Positions 1-9,805 of a DNA stretch of 32,000 nucleotides are shown here, one piece after another. Location of the stretch: positions 210,001-242,000 of the forward strand of contig NC_007614.1 in assembly GCF_000196355.1 (NCBI RefSeq), given 5' to 3'. Source of the DNA: Nitrosospira multiformis ATCC 25196 (lineage in GTDB: Bacteria > Pseudomonadota > Gammaproteobacteria > Burkholderiales > Nitrosomonadaceae). The position numbers and the translations under genes were made by a program. Positions within the stretch are counted from its first letter, which is position 1. Every line of letters begins with the position of its first letter. The notes under the pieces are model-generated. The model saw nothing but the letters and a program-made list of their open reading frames with translations, searched no databases and was not told the origin of the DNA.

Positions 1-636
1 TTCTCCGCCACCATACTGAAAGTTGCCCAGGGGGGCTGGTTCCCGCTCGTAATCGGGTCCGTCATTTTTTTCATCATGATCACCTGGAGTCGTGGACGAC
101 AAATGCTGGTCGATCACCTGCGCTCCGTTGCCATACCGCTCCAGTCCTTCCTCGAATCGCTTATTGCGCATCCCCCCACGCGGGTCGCGGGGACCTCGGT
201 TTTCTTGACGGCCAATCCTGACGGTGTACCCCACGCCCTGTTGCATAATCTTGCCCATAATCAGGTCCTGCACGAGCGTGTGGTTTTCCTCACGGTGACA
301 TACCAGGAAACTCCCTGGGTGCCGGTAGAACAGCGCATCTCGATAAAGCCACTTATGGAAAACTGTTACCAGATCACGGTGCGGTACGGCTTCAAGGATG
401 AAGCGAATCTGCCGTACGCACTCGAATTGTGTGAACCGCATGGCCTCGTGTTCGAACCCTTGAGGACCTCCTACTTCCTGAGTCGCGAGATCGTGGTACC
501 CAGTCCGGGTACGGGCATGTCCCTGTGGCGTGAGCGCCTGTTCGCGGCCATGGTGCGCAACGCCAGCAACGCCGCGGAATACTTCAAACTGCCGGCAAAC
601 CGTGTACTTGAACTAGGGGCGAGAGTAGAGATTTAG
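1..636 (+). CDS. kup: Kup/HAK/KT-type potassium uptake transporter, C-terminal part (5' end lies outside the window)
   Basis: Frame 1 is open from base 1 (FSATILKVAQGGWFPLVIGSVIFFIMITW...) and runs into the 76..636 track ORF. It shows the GGWFPL membrane motif followed by a cytoplasmic C-terminal domain typical of Kup. A hairpin terminator follows. Confidence 0.85.
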   Translation, partial: FSATILKVAQGGWFPLVIGSVIFFIMITWSRGRQMLVDHLRSVAIPLQSFLESLIAHPPTRVAGTSVFLTANPDGVPHALLHNLAHNQVLHERVVFLTVTYQETPWVPVEQRISIKPLMENCYQITVRYGFKDEANLPYALELCEPHGLVFEPLRTSYFLSREIVVPSPGTGMSLWRERLFAAMVRNASNAAEYFKLPANRVLELGARVEI

Positions 637-702
637 AGAGACTGTTCCTCCGCTTCGGGTACCTCCGCCTCCTCGAGCGACGGTAACTGCCACTTCCTCT
701 CA

Positions 703-728
703 AAACCCGCTCCGGCGGGTTTTTGTTT
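703..728 (+). terminator. Rho-independent terminator downstream of kup
   Basis: The stem is ACCCGC(705-710)/GCGGGT(715-720) with loop TCCG, followed by TTTTGTTT (721-728). Confidence 0.6.
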
Positions 729-881
729 AACCCGCTCGACATTTCTAACAAATCGACGGACCACGCAAAAGGTAAAACTTGGCATTTTTAGTATCCCTTA
801 TCCATTTATCCGTAAAACCCCATGTGAGTTAGATTGCCAGCTTGAGGAATTTTAGCGTGACCATTGAAGCATCAGCCTTGA

Positions 882-3800
882 GTGATGGATACAGAGATCC
901 ACAATCCCCATATCCCTGGCGGGCGTCCGCCCTCCCGACCGGCTATCGCCGCTCTCACTTTCGTGATTTTTATGTCGCTTACCCTAGCGAGCTGGTCTGT
1001 CGTACAGGATCTGCAGGAACGGCATGAAAATACTCGATTTGATAAGCGGGTAGCAGAAGTCATTCACAAGATCGAGCATCACTTTTCAGGGTATGAACAG
1101 GTGTTGAAAGGGGCGCTGGGACACCTGCTTGCCTCCCCCTCCGTTTCCCGGAACGAATGGCGCACATATGTGAATGCACTGCGAATAAACGACCGGTATC
1201 CGGGCATTCACGGTATCGGTTTCGCCAAATATATCCCGCGGTCAGGGCTTGCCGCCCATACTGAAGAAGTACGCGCGGAAGGTTTTCCGTCCTACAAAGT
1301 CTGGCCTGGAACCCCGCGCCAGGAGTATACCTCCATCATATATCTCGAACCCTTTACGGGATCAAATCTGCGTGCGTTCGGATATGACATGTTTTCAAAT
1401 GCTGTTCGACGCGCCGCCATGTCCCGTGCGCGCGATACGGGAGAAGTCGCGCTTACCCGCAAAGTGAAGCTCGTGCAGGAAACCGGTGAGGATATTCAGG
1501 CAGGCGTCCTTATGTATCTCCCCTACTATGGTGCTGCAAATCTGCCGAAAACGGTGGAAGAAAGGCGCGCATCATTGGGTGGCTATGTATATGCTCCGTT
1601 CAGAATGGTTGACTTCGTACGCGCCACCCTTGGGAGCGAACTTGATATCCTCGATCTGAGAATTTTCGATGGAAAAGCAATGGCAGAGGATTCTCTTCTT
1701 TTCGACAGCGTAAAACATCGATCTGGGCCGTCGCCCGTACCTAAATTTAAACGGGTCATACCTATATCCTTATATGGTCAAACATGGGCGCTCGAAGCAT
1801 CCTCCCGTCCTGCATTTGAAAAAGCAATAAAGAATTACGAGGCACTCCTCGTTCTGCTGGGCGGATTCGTGGTCAGCATGTTGACTGCCATGGTTTCCTT
1901 TGTCCTTTCGGGGAACAAAGAGAAGGCTGCGGCACTGGGACATGTAAATAAAAAACTGCTGTTGGCCATGGAGGAGCAGCAGGCAACAACACGCGAGCTT
2001 TCAAATGCGAAGCTTCGCACAGAGAGGATTTTGGAAAGTATTACTGACGCGTTTTATACCCTGGATCGGGAATGGCGTTTCACCTATGTGAATAAGGAAG
2101 CCGAGAATCTGCTACAGCGTAATCGCGAGGATCTTCTGGGAAGGGTGTGCTGGGAAGAATTCAAAGAGACAGCAGGAACAACCTTTGATCGCGAATACCA
2201 TCGGGCACTCATGGAAAACAGGACAGTGACGTTTGAGGAATTCTACGTTCCACTGGATGAATGGTTCGAGGTACATGCTTATCCATCTGAAGAAGGCTTG
2301 ACTGTTTATTTCCGCGATATTACCGAACGCAAGGAGTCTGAGCAGGCGCGGCAGGAAGCCCACGTTCGTATCCGCCAGCAAGCTTCCCTTCTCGACAAGG
2401 CAACGGATGCGATCATTGTTTTCGGAATGGATAATTGTATTGAATTCTGGAACCAAGGCGCGGAACGGCTCTATGGATGGACGTCCGAAGAGGTGATGGG
2501 AAGAGAGGTTGAGATGTTATATGACAATGTTGCCGTTTTCGATGAAGCAAACCGGGCGCTGCTCAGTTCCGGCGAATGGAGAGGAGAACTTGCGCAGCGA
2601 CGCAGGGACCAGAGTATGCTGAACGTGGAGGCCCATTGGACGCTGGTCAGAAATGACGACGGAGAGCCTCAGGCTATCTTCGCGATCAATACAGATATTA
2701 CCCAGCGCAAGAGCGCCGAGAACGAAATCCTGCATCTCGCCTTATACGATTCTTTGACGGGTTTGCCCAATAGGCGGCTCTTGCTGGATCGCCTCGGGCA
2801 TGCATTAGCGGTGAGTGCTCGCAATCAGCGCATGGGCGCGTTACTGTTTATCGACCTCGATAACTTCAAGCTGCTGAATGATACGCTGGGGCATGACATG
2901 GGTGACCTGCTGCTTCGGCAGGTCGCGCCGCGCCTGTCCTCTTGCGTACGCGAAAGCGATACGGTAGCTCGCTTGGGCGGAGATGAGTTTGTGGTGATAT
3001 TGATGGGTGACTTTGGCGAAGATCATGATGAGGCTCTTACCCAGATAAGCACCATTTGCGAAAGGATACGCAGCGCCTTCATTCAGCCGTTTAATCTCGA
3101 TCCATACATCCATCACATTACACCCAGCATCGGTATTGCACTGTTTAACGATCAGTCCCAAACAACAAACGAACTCCTGAAGCGGGCAGACCTCGCTATG
3201 TATCAGGCAAAAGCATCGGGCCGCAATGCCATGCGTTTTTTCGATCCGGACATGCAAGCAGCAATGAATGCCCGAGCCATTCTCGAGTCGGAGTTATACA
3301 AAAGCTGGGAGAGAAACGAGTTCATTCTCCATTATCAGCTGCAGGTGGACAGCCGGGGGATTATCGGTGCTGAAGCGCTGGTGCGATGGCAGCACCCGCG
3401 CCGGGGTCTTTTGCCCCCCTCCGAATTCATTCCACAGGCAGAGGAAACCGGTCTGATTCTTCCTTTGGGCGAGTGGGTGCTGGAAACCGCATGCAACCAA
3501 CTGGCAAGCTGGGCACTTCAACCGGAGACAGTACAGCTCAATCTCTCTGTGAATGTCAGTTCCCTCCAGTTTTGCCAGCCCGATTTTGTCGAGCAAGTAA
3601 TTTCAATACTCGACCGCACAGGCGCCAATCCACAAAGACTCAAGCTTGAGCTTACCGAAAGCATTCTGGTCCATGATATGGACGATACCATTGCAAAAAT
3701 GATGACACTCAAAGCCCGAGGGGTGGGCTTTGCGCTGGATGACTTTGGCATCGGCTATTCCTCACTCTACTATCTGAAACGTCTGCCGCTGGATTGGGTA

Positions 3801-4049
3801 AAAATTGATCGGTCATTTGTGAGAGACGTGCTGACCGATAATAATGATGCAACGATCGTTCGAACGATCCTGCTCCTTGCTAAAAGCATGGGGTTGGCGG
3901 TAATTGCCGAAGGAGTGGAAACCGGAGCACAAAAAGATTTTCTTGCTAGCCACGGTTGTACTGCTTATCAGGGGTACCTGTTCAGCCGGCCTCTGCCTTT
4001 AGAGCAGTTTGAGCGGTTTGTGCAGCCGGCTGCGGGAGGGGCTGTGTAA
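882..4049 (+). CDS. Membrane sensor protein with CHASE, TM, PAS, PAS, GGDEF and EAL domains (c-di-GMP cyclase/phosphodiesterase)
   Basis: An N-terminal TM helix is followed by a periplasmic CHASE-like region (YLEPFTGSNLRAFGYDMFSNAVRRAAMSRARDTGEVALTRKVKLVQE). A second TM follows (LLVLLGGFVVSMLTAMVSFVL), then two PAS-like blocks. The GGDEF site is intact (RLGGDEFVV), as are the EAL motifs (EALVRW, DDFGIGYSSL, EGVET). The start is either GTG 882 or the adjacent ATG 885. Confidence 0.9.
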   Translation: MMDTEIHNPHIPGGRPPSRPAIAALTFVIFMSLTLASWSVVQDLQERHENTRFDKRVAEVIHKIEHHFSGYEQVLKGALGHLLASPSVSRNEWRTYVNALRINDRYPGIHGIGFAKYIPRSGLAAHTEEVRAEGFPSYKVWPGTPRQEYTSIIYLEPFTGSNLRAFGYDMFSNAVRRAAMSRARDTGEVALTRKVKLVQETGEDIQAGVLMYLPYYGAANLPKTVEERRASLGGYVYAPFRMVDFVRATLGSELDILDLRIFDGKAMAEDSLLFDSVKHRSGPSPVPKFKRVIPISLYGQTWALEASSRPAFEKAIKNYEALLVLLGGFVVSMLTAMVSFVLSGNKEKAAALGHVNKKLLLAMEEQQATTRELSNAKLRTERILESITDAFYTLDREWRFTYVNKEAENLLQRNREDLLGRVCWEEFKETAGTTFDREYHRALMENRTVTFEEFYVPLDEWFEVHAYPSEEGLTVYFRDITERKESEQARQEAHVRIRQQASLLDKATDAIIVFGMDNCIEFWNQGAERLYGWTSEEVMGREVEMLYDNVAVFDEANRALLSSGEWRGELAQRRRDQSMLNVEAHWTLVRNDDGEPQAIFAINTDITQRKSAENEILHLALYDSLTGLPNRRLLLDRLGHALAVSARNQRMGALLFIDLDNFKLLNDTLGHDMGDLLLRQVAPRLSSCVRESDTVARLGGDEFVVILMGDFGEDHDEALTQISTICERIRSAFIQPFNLDPYIHHITPSIGIALFNDQSQTTNELLKRADLAMYQAKASGRNAMRFFDPDMQAAMNARAILESELYKSWERNEFILHYQLQVDSRGIIGAEALVRWQHPRRGLLPPSEFIPQAEETGLILPLGEWVLETACNQLASWALQPETVQLNLSVNVSSLQFCQPDFVEQVISILDRTGANPQRLKLELTESILVHDMDDTIAKMMTLKARGVGFALDDFGIGYSSLYYLKRLPLDWVKIDRSFVRDVLTDNNDATIVRTILLLAKSMGLAVIAEGVETGAQKDFLASHGCTAYQGYLFSRPLPLEQFERFVQPAAGGAV

Positions 4050-4240
4050 GTTAGAAAGCTGGTTAAGTTAGAATCCAGGGATCGGTGAACCGATACCCGG
4101 GGTTTGAACACGCACAACCAGCAGAATTACCAGCAGAACTACCTGAGTCAGGAGAGATCTTCTGGCCGATATGATGAGACTCAAAAATTAGCGGGAGGAA
4201 TACATGGAATGCTTCGTCCCTTCGGCCGCTGGATAACAGG

Positions 4241-5470
4241 ATGAAACTCTTCCATACCTCCGACTGGCACATCGGCCGGACCCTATATGGCAGAAAGCGG
4301 TACGAGGAATTCGAGGCATTTCTGACGTGGCTGGCAGAAACGATTCAGAGGAACGAAATCGATGTCCTCCTGGTAGCCGGTGATATCTTTGATACCAGTG
4401 CTCCAAGCAATCGTGCCCAGGAGCTCTACTACCGCTTTCTCTGGAAGATAGCAGCTTCACCCTGCCGCCATGTGGTCATCGTCGCGGGTAATCACGATTC
4501 CCCTTCATTTCTGAATGCACCCAGGGCGCTGCTCAAAGCCCTTGATGTCCATGTGATCGGTAGCCCCTCAGCATCCCTTGAAGATGAAGTACTGGTACTC
4601 CGAAATGAGCAAGGGGTGCCCGAGCTAATTGTTTGCGCCGTGCCGTATCTTCGTGACAAAGACATCCGCGTGGCGGAAGCCGGCGAGAGTGTCGAGGATA
4701 AGGAACGGAAGCTGCTCGTCGGTATTCGCGATCACTACGCTGCCATAGCCGCCCTGGCTGAACAGAAGCGTGTGGAACTCGGGGTGGATATTCCCATCGT
4801 TGCCACGGGCCACCTTTTCGCCGCCGGAGGGCAAACTATCGAGGGTGACGGCGTGCGGGACCTGTATGTCGGTTCGCTGGCTCAGGTGAGTGCGGGGATT
4901 TTTCCTGAATGCTTCAACTACCTTGCGCTGGGCCACCTCCATGTCCCGCAGAAGGTAAACGGTTCCGAGATCATGCGATACAGTGGCTCTCCTCTCCCCA
5001 TGGGGTTCGGGGAGGCCAGACAACAGAAGAGCGTTTGCCAGGTTGAATTCCACAGTACCGCCGCGTCTGTTCAATTGATCGATGTGCCGGTGTTTCAGAA
5101 GCTCGAACGTATCAAGGGAGACTGGGACAGCATCTCCACTCAGATTCGTAAACTGTCAGAGACCGGCTCTCAAGCATGGCTCGAAGTCATCTACGAAGGT
5201 GAAGAAGTAATCGGCGACCTGCGCGAGCGCCTGGAAATCGCCATTACCGACACCCAAATGGAAATTCTGCGGGTGAAGAACAACCCTGTTATCGATCGCG
5301 TCCTTGGAAAAATCCATGAAGAAGAAACACTGGACGATCTCAGTGTGAATGACGTATTCGAGCGATGCCTGACCGTACATGAAGTGCCTGAAGACCAGCG
5401 GCCAGAATTACTTCGTGCTTATCAGGAAGCGCTTTCGTCTCTCTATGAGGACGACATGCAAGCGGAATAG
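4241..5470 (+). CDS. sbcD: Exonuclease SbcCD, nuclease subunit D (Mre11-like phosphoesterase)
   Basis: Calcineurin-like phosphoesterase motifs are present: HTSDWHIG, AGDIFD, GNHD and GHLH. It lies immediately upstream of sbcC with an 11-nt gap. Confidence 0.9.
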   Translation: MKLFHTSDWHIGRTLYGRKRYEEFEAFLTWLAETIQRNEIDVLLVAGDIFDTSAPSNRAQELYYRFLWKIAASPCRHVVIVAGNHDSPSFLNAPRALLKALDVHVIGSPSASLEDEVLVLRNEQGVPELIVCAVPYLRDKDIRVAEAGESVEDKERKLLVGIRDHYAAIAALAEQKRVELGVDIPIVATGHLFAAGGQTIEGDGVRDLYVGSLAQVSAGIFPECFNYLALGHLHVPQKVNGSEIMRYSGSPLPMGFGEARQQKSVCQVEFHSTAASVQLIDVPVFQKLERIKGDWDSISTQIRKLSETGSQAWLEVIYEGEEVIGDLRERLEIAITDTQMEILRVKNNPVIDRVLGKIHEEETLDDLSVNDVFERCLTVHEVPEDQRPELLRAYQEALSSLYEDDMQAE

Positions 5471-5481
5471 AGAGGCTGTCG

Positions 5482-8400
5482 ATGAAGATATTGCAGGTAC
5501 GATTCAAGAATCTGAACTCGCTGATGGGTGAATGGGAAATCGACCTGACGCATCCCGCCTTTACCTCCGACGGTATTTTTGCCATCACCGGTCCGACCGG
5601 TGCCGGGAAGACAACCATCCTCGATGCCATCTGCCTCGCTCTCTACGGGCGGACCCCTCGGTTGAGCAAGGTCACCAAAAGCGGAAACGAGATAATGTCC
5701 CGTCAGATCGGCGAATGTTTTGCTGAAGTGACGTTTGAGACACAGGCCGGTCGTTTCCGTTGCCACTGGAGCCAGCACCGGGCACGTAAAAAACCGGATG
5801 GAGAACTACAGGCTCCGAAACATGAGATTGCTCATGCCGATTCGGGGAAGATTTTCGAATCCAAAATCAAGGGAGTTGCTGACCGGATCGAGGCGGCTAC
5901 CGGTATGGATTTCGACCAATTCACCCGCTCCATGTTGCTGGCTCAGGGAGGCTTTGCCGCATTCCTGCAGGCTTTACCCGATGAGCGAGCGCCGATCCTG
6001 GAGCAGATAACGGGCACGGAGATTTATAGCAAAATATCGATCCGCGTCCATGAGCGCCAGCGTGAAGAGCGGGAGAAACTGAACCTGCTTCAGGCTGAAA
6101 CAGCCGGTATCGTGATTCTGGAGCAGGAACAGGAAAAAGATATTCAACAAGAACTCGAGTTAAAACAGAAAGAAGAGTCCGCTCTGACCAGAAAATTAAT
6201 GGATACGGATAAAGCCATCACGTGGCTGAAGGCCGTAGATGGACTGAGGAGGGAAATCGAGGATCTGACAGCAGAAGCGAGCAAACTGCAAGCCGACATC
6301 GACATTTTTAAACCAGAGCGTGACAAACTCAGCCGGGCAATTCAGGCAGCGTCACTGGAAGGTTCCTACGCGACGTTGACAGCAATCCGAACACAACATG
6401 CGGATGAGCAGAAGGCAGTGAAAACTGAGGAAGCAGTCCTTCCTCAACTGGCATCCTCTGCAAAGGAACAGGCTGAATCCCTGAAATTGGCTGAGCAGCA
6501 GTCCACCAGAGCCAAAGCGGAGCTGGAAGCTGCTTTACCGCTCATCAGGAAGGTCCGTTCGCTCGATCAGACGCTTGCCGATCAGAAAAAGGCTATTTCG
6601 AAAGATGAAGACAGCTGCAGGAAAGACACGAAACAGATCGATGCTGACAGAGAGGTCAAGCTGAAAGAACAGGTGAAACGCGCCGATGCTGAAAAGAATC
6701 TGAAGGTTGCTGAAGATTATCTCAAGGAGAACGCTCGGGATGAGTGGCTGATAAGCGGTCTGGCCGGTGTTGAGGAACAACTGGAAAATTTGCTCTCCAG
6801 GCAAAAGGAAATAGCAAAAAAAGAGGTCGATAAAGAGAAGGCAGTGACGGCTCTGGAACAGGCAACAAGAAAACTAGCTGCCTGCCGGAAGCAATGCGAG
6901 GCTCGGAAACAGGAGCTGGAGAACGTCTCAAAGAATCTCCAACAAGGCAAAGATAAATTAAACCAGTTATTGGGTGACCGGCTGTTGCGTGAATACCGTG
7001 CAGAAAAGGAAACCCTGCTTCGAGAAATGGTTTTTCTGAAAAAAATAGCGGAACTTGAAGATCACCGAGCCAGATTGGAAGATGGCAAACCCTGTCCGCT
7101 TTGTGGCGCAACGGAGCATCCCTTTGCGGAAGGCAACGTCCCTATTCCCGATGAAATCGAACGGAAGATTGGGGCGCTCACTGAACTGATAAGCAAGGCT
7201 GAGGATCATGAAACCGCTATCAGACATTTTGAGGAAGACGAAGGCACAGCCCGTAAAAATTTGATGGACGGTGAAAAGCAGGAAATAACAGCAGTTAATG
7301 ACAAAAAAACTGCCGGGCAAGTCCTGGCCGGGCTGCAGGAATATCTGGAAAAACTCCAAACTGATATTACCGGACTGAAGCAGACTGTATCAGCCAAACT
7401 CCAACCGCTCGGCATTGAGGAAATTCTGGATTCCAATGTTTCAGCACTGCTGGAATCCTTGCGAGAACGCGTTAAAGCATGGCAGATACAGATCAAGAGA
7501 AAGACTGATATCGAGAAACAGATCGGAGATTTCGATAGCGAGTTGAAAAGGTTGGACGCAGTCATTGAAACTCAAAGCAATGCATTGAATGAAAAACGGG
7601 AATGTCTGCAGTCCCTCAAAGAGGATTGCGCCGCTGGATGCAAAGAGCGGAAAGAATTGTACGGTGATAAAGATCCTGATGATGAAGAACGGCGTTTGAA
7701 CAAGAGTATTTCCGTTTCAGAGGAGGCTGAAAGGAAGGCCAGAGTCCTGCATCATGATCTTCAGCAGAAATTGAATGCTGCCAAGACTCAAATTGAATCT
7801 CTGAAAAAGCGCATTGGTCAAAGAGACCCGGAGCTGAAGGAACTGGAAGCCGGATTTACAGAAGCATTGGGATTAGCTGGTTTTTCGGGTGAAAAACAGT
7901 TTCTTGAAGCCAGGCTCCCGATTGGGCAAAGGGATGCGCTATCTGCAAGGGCAAAAAATCTGGACGGTCACCAAATAGATCTCAAGGCCAGACAAAAGGA
8001 TCGGGAAGCGCGCTTGGCTACGGAAGCTGCCAGGAAGATTACCGACAAATCTCTTGAGGAACTGGAACCGCAATTCAAGGATTCCGAGGAGTCCCTGAAA
8101 CAGCTGCGGGATACTACTATTCGACTTAAACACAAACTGAACGAGAATGCTGCTGCCAAGGAACGGCTGGAGGCAAAGCAAACGGCTATCGGGGCTCAAA
8201 AGATAGAGTGCCGCCGATGGGAAAATCTACACGAATTGATTGGCTCGGCGGACGGAAAGAAATACCGGAATTTTGCCCAGGGACTGACCTTCGAGATGAT
8301 GATCGGTCATGCCAACCGGCAGTTGCAGAAAATGACCGATCGCTATCTGCTGGTTCGCGATGATACTGAGCCTCTGGAACTCAACGTTGTCGACAACTAT

Positions 8401-8748
8401 CAGGCGGGTGAGATTCGGTCCACGAAAAACCTTTCAGGTGGCGAGAGTTTCATCGTCAGCTTGTCGCTGGCGTTGGGACTGTCTCACATGGCCAGCAAAA
8501 ACGTTCGCGTGGATTCGCTTTTTCTGGATGAAGGCTTCGGCACGCTGGATGAAGAAGCATTGGATACCGCTCTGGAAACTCTTGCGAGCCTGCAGCAGGA
8601 GGGTAAGTTGATCGGCGTGATCTCGCATGTCCCAATGCTCAAGGAGCGCATCAGCACACAGATTCTGGTAATTCCTCAAACCGGTGGAAGGAGCGAGATA
8701 TCTGGACCGGGCTGCAGAAGAAACATAACCGGCCAGATTTCCATTTAA
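5482..8748 (+). CDS. sbcC: Exonuclease SbcCD, ATPase subunit C (Rad50-like SMC protein)
   Basis: It has an N-terminal Walker A (GPTGAGKTT), a long K/E/Q-rich coiled coil and a central zinc hook (GKPCPLCGATEHPF). The C-terminus carries the signature LSGGE and Walker B LFLDEGFGTLD. An SD-like GAGAGG sits upstream of the ATG. Confidence 0.9.
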   Translation: MKILQVRFKNLNSLMGEWEIDLTHPAFTSDGIFAITGPTGAGKTTILDAICLALYGRTPRLSKVTKSGNEIMSRQIGECFAEVTFETQAGRFRCHWSQHRARKKPDGELQAPKHEIAHADSGKIFESKIKGVADRIEAATGMDFDQFTRSMLLAQGGFAAFLQALPDERAPILEQITGTEIYSKISIRVHERQREEREKLNLLQAETAGIVILEQEQEKDIQQELELKQKEESALTRKLMDTDKAITWLKAVDGLRREIEDLTAEASKLQADIDIFKPERDKLSRAIQAASLEGSYATLTAIRTQHADEQKAVKTEEAVLPQLASSAKEQAESLKLAEQQSTRAKAELEAALPLIRKVRSLDQTLADQKKAISKDEDSCRKDTKQIDADREVKLKEQVKRADAEKNLKVAEDYLKENARDEWLISGLAGVEEQLENLLSRQKEIAKKEVDKEKAVTALEQATRKLAACRKQCEARKQELENVSKNLQQGKDKLNQLLGDRLLREYRAEKETLLREMVFLKKIAELEDHRARLEDGKPCPLCGATEHPFAEGNVPIPDEIERKIGALTELISKAEDHETAIRHFEEDEGTARKNLMDGEKQEITAVNDKKTAGQVLAGLQEYLEKLQTDITGLKQTVSAKLQPLGIEEILDSNVSALLESLRERVKAWQIQIKRKTDIEKQIGDFDSELKRLDAVIETQSNALNEKRECLQSLKEDCAAGCKERKELYGDKDPDDEERRLNKSISVSEEAERKARVLHHDLQQKLNAAKTQIESLKKRIGQRDPELKELEAGFTEALGLAGFSGEKQFLEARLPIGQRDALSARAKNLDGHQIDLKARQKDREARLATEAARKITDKSLEELEPQFKDSEESLKQLRDTTIRLKHKLNENAAAKERLEAKQTAIGAQKIECRRWENLHELIGSADGKKYRNFAQGLTFEMMIGHANRQLQKMTDRYLLVRDDTEPLELNVVDNYQAGEIRSTKNLSGGESFIVSLSLALGLSHMASKNVRVDSLFLDEGFGTLDEEALDTALETLASLQQEGKLIGVISHVPMLKERISTQILVIPQTGGRSEISGPGCRRNITGQISI

Positions 8749-8903
8749 CCGTAAAGCTTGCGTATTTCACATAGCGGTTGGTGAGAGTACGTGGCCTGAT
8801 GAATCTTTGCTTCAGGTTATAGCCTTCCGCAGGTACGGTTGAAGATCAAGTTCATTGCTTTATCTTCCAATTACTTGGAGTATTTTCCAAGGGTGAACAA
8901 GAA

Positions 8904-8980
8904 TGGCGCGCCCAACACGATTCGAACGTGTGACCCCCGCCTTCGGAGGGCGGTACTCTATCCAGCTGAGCTATGGGCGC
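8904..8980 (-). tRNA. tRNA-Arg (anticodon CCG), CCA encoded
   Basis: The reverse complement folds by hand into a cloverleaf. The acceptor is GCGCCCA/TGGGCGC and the D arm is GCTC/GAGT. The anticodon stem is CCGCC/GGCGG with loop CT-CCG-AA. The T arm is ACACG-TTCGAAT-CGTGT, followed by discriminator G and CCA, for 77 nt in total. Confidence 0.92.
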
Positions 8981-9010
8981 GGATGGAAGGCATTTTTGAA
9001 TCGGGCGCAT

Positions 9011-9040
9011 AGGATAACGCTTTTTAACCCCTCCGTCCAA
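9011..9040 (-). promoter_or_regulatory. Candidate sigma70 promoter for tRNA-Arg
   Basis: On the minus strand the motif is TTGGAC, an 18-nt spacer, then TATCCT, about 30 nt upstream of the tRNA 5' end. The match to consensus is weak. Confidence 0.25.
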
Positions 9041-9118
9041 CCTGAATAAAACCGCTTTTGCTTGAATACATGAACCTATACAATAAACATTCTTAACGTT
9101 TATTACTGGGGAGTTATT

Positions 9119-9676
9119 GTGAGCGACGTTGAAGACGAAGGGCATTCCACGCCTATCCAGACACCGGGTCAGTTGATTGTTGTTGTCCTGGCCGCTTTCA
9201 TAGTTCCAGTCGTTGTCTTATCATTGATCGGGCGGTTTGCCATCGGTGAAAGCTCCATGGATCCAAGCAGTCCCGCTTTTTCGGAAGAAGCCGTAGCGAG
9301 GCGTCTTCATCCGGTAGGCAAGCTGGTGATTGCAGGCGATTCCACCCAGTCCGCAGCGCAAACAGGGGAAGGCACAGTCGTGGCTGCGGCCCCTCCCGCA
9401 ACTGCCAGCGCCGCTCCTGCGGCGGAAGACCCGGCGGAAAAAGCCAAGAAAATTTACACCGCCAGTTGCTCCGCCTGTCATGCCACCGGCGCCGCCGGCG
9501 CACCCAAAGTGGGAGACAATGCAGCGTGGGCGCCCCGCATCAAGGCAGGTACGGAGACGCTTTATACCAGCGCATTGAAAGGCAAGAATGCCATGCCGCC
9601 CAAAGGTGGAAACGCGGGGCTGTCTGATGACGACGTCAAGGCGGTGGTCGACTACATGGTCAGCCAGTCCAAATGA
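9119..9676 (+). CDS. Membrane-anchored class I c-type cytochrome (cytochrome c5-like)
   Basis: The start is GTG with SD GGGGAG 6 nt upstream. An N-terminal TM helix (LIVVVLAAFIVPVVVLSLIG) is followed by an Ala/Pro-rich linker. There is a single heme motif CSACH with the distal Met in KNAMPPKGG. Confidence 0.8.
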   Translation: MSDVEDEGHSTPIQTPGQLIVVVLAAFIVPVVVLSLIGRFAIGESSMDPSSPAFSEEAVARRLHPVGKLVIAGDSTQSAAQTGEGTVVAAAPPATASAAPAAEDPAEKAKKIYTASCSACHATGAAGAPKVGDNAAWAPRIKAGTETLYTSALKGKNAMPPKGGNAGLSDDDVKAVVDYMVSQSK

Positions 9677-9711
9677 CCTGTTGGGAAGTTGAAGCCGGAG
9701 CGGGATGCGGC

Positions 9712-9748
9712 GGGCGATGGGGAGAATTTCATATCGCCCTTGTTTTTT
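9712..9748 (+). terminator. Possible intrinsic terminator after the cytochrome c gene
   Basis: The stem is GGGCGAT(9712-9718)/ATCGCCC(9733-9739) followed by TTGTTTTTT. The 14-nt loop is larger than typical. Confidence 0.45.
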
Positions 9749-9805
9749 CAAGATAACCGGTTCATTTCGTTGCCTTCAGCCTGTTGGTAATCGTTTTTCC
9801 ATCTC

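Noticed and set aside
779-795. A sigma54-type promoter (TGGCATTTTTAGTAT) upstream of the GGDEF-EAL gene.
   Set aside because: The GG element is present, but the required GC (TTGC) element at the -12 spacing is absent.
842-1063. Small ORFs 842..1027 (+) and 872..1063 (-) at the 5' end of the GGDEF-EAL gene.
   Set aside because: They overlap the well-supported 1055-aa ORF in other frames and have no SD or motif support.
4241-8980. sbcDC next to a tRNA-Arg gene, considered as a possible tRNA-integrated defence or accessory island (SbcCD/OLD/Lamassu-like).
   Set aside because: SbcD and SbcC have canonical length and motifs (phosphoesterase motifs, Walker A/B, CPLCG zinc hook). There is no integrase, no direct repeat of the tRNA 3' end and no accessory partners. 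The flanks are housekeeping genes.
9076-9105. An inverted repeat ATAAAC-N-GTTTAT upstream of the cytochrome c gene, considered as an operator.
   Set aside because: The arms are short (6 bp) and AT-rich, so a chance occurrence is likely. It matches no known box.
8852-9145. A 97-aa ORF on the minus strand.
   Set aside because: It spans the whole tRNA-Arg gene and its promoter region, so it is an artefact of ORF calling.
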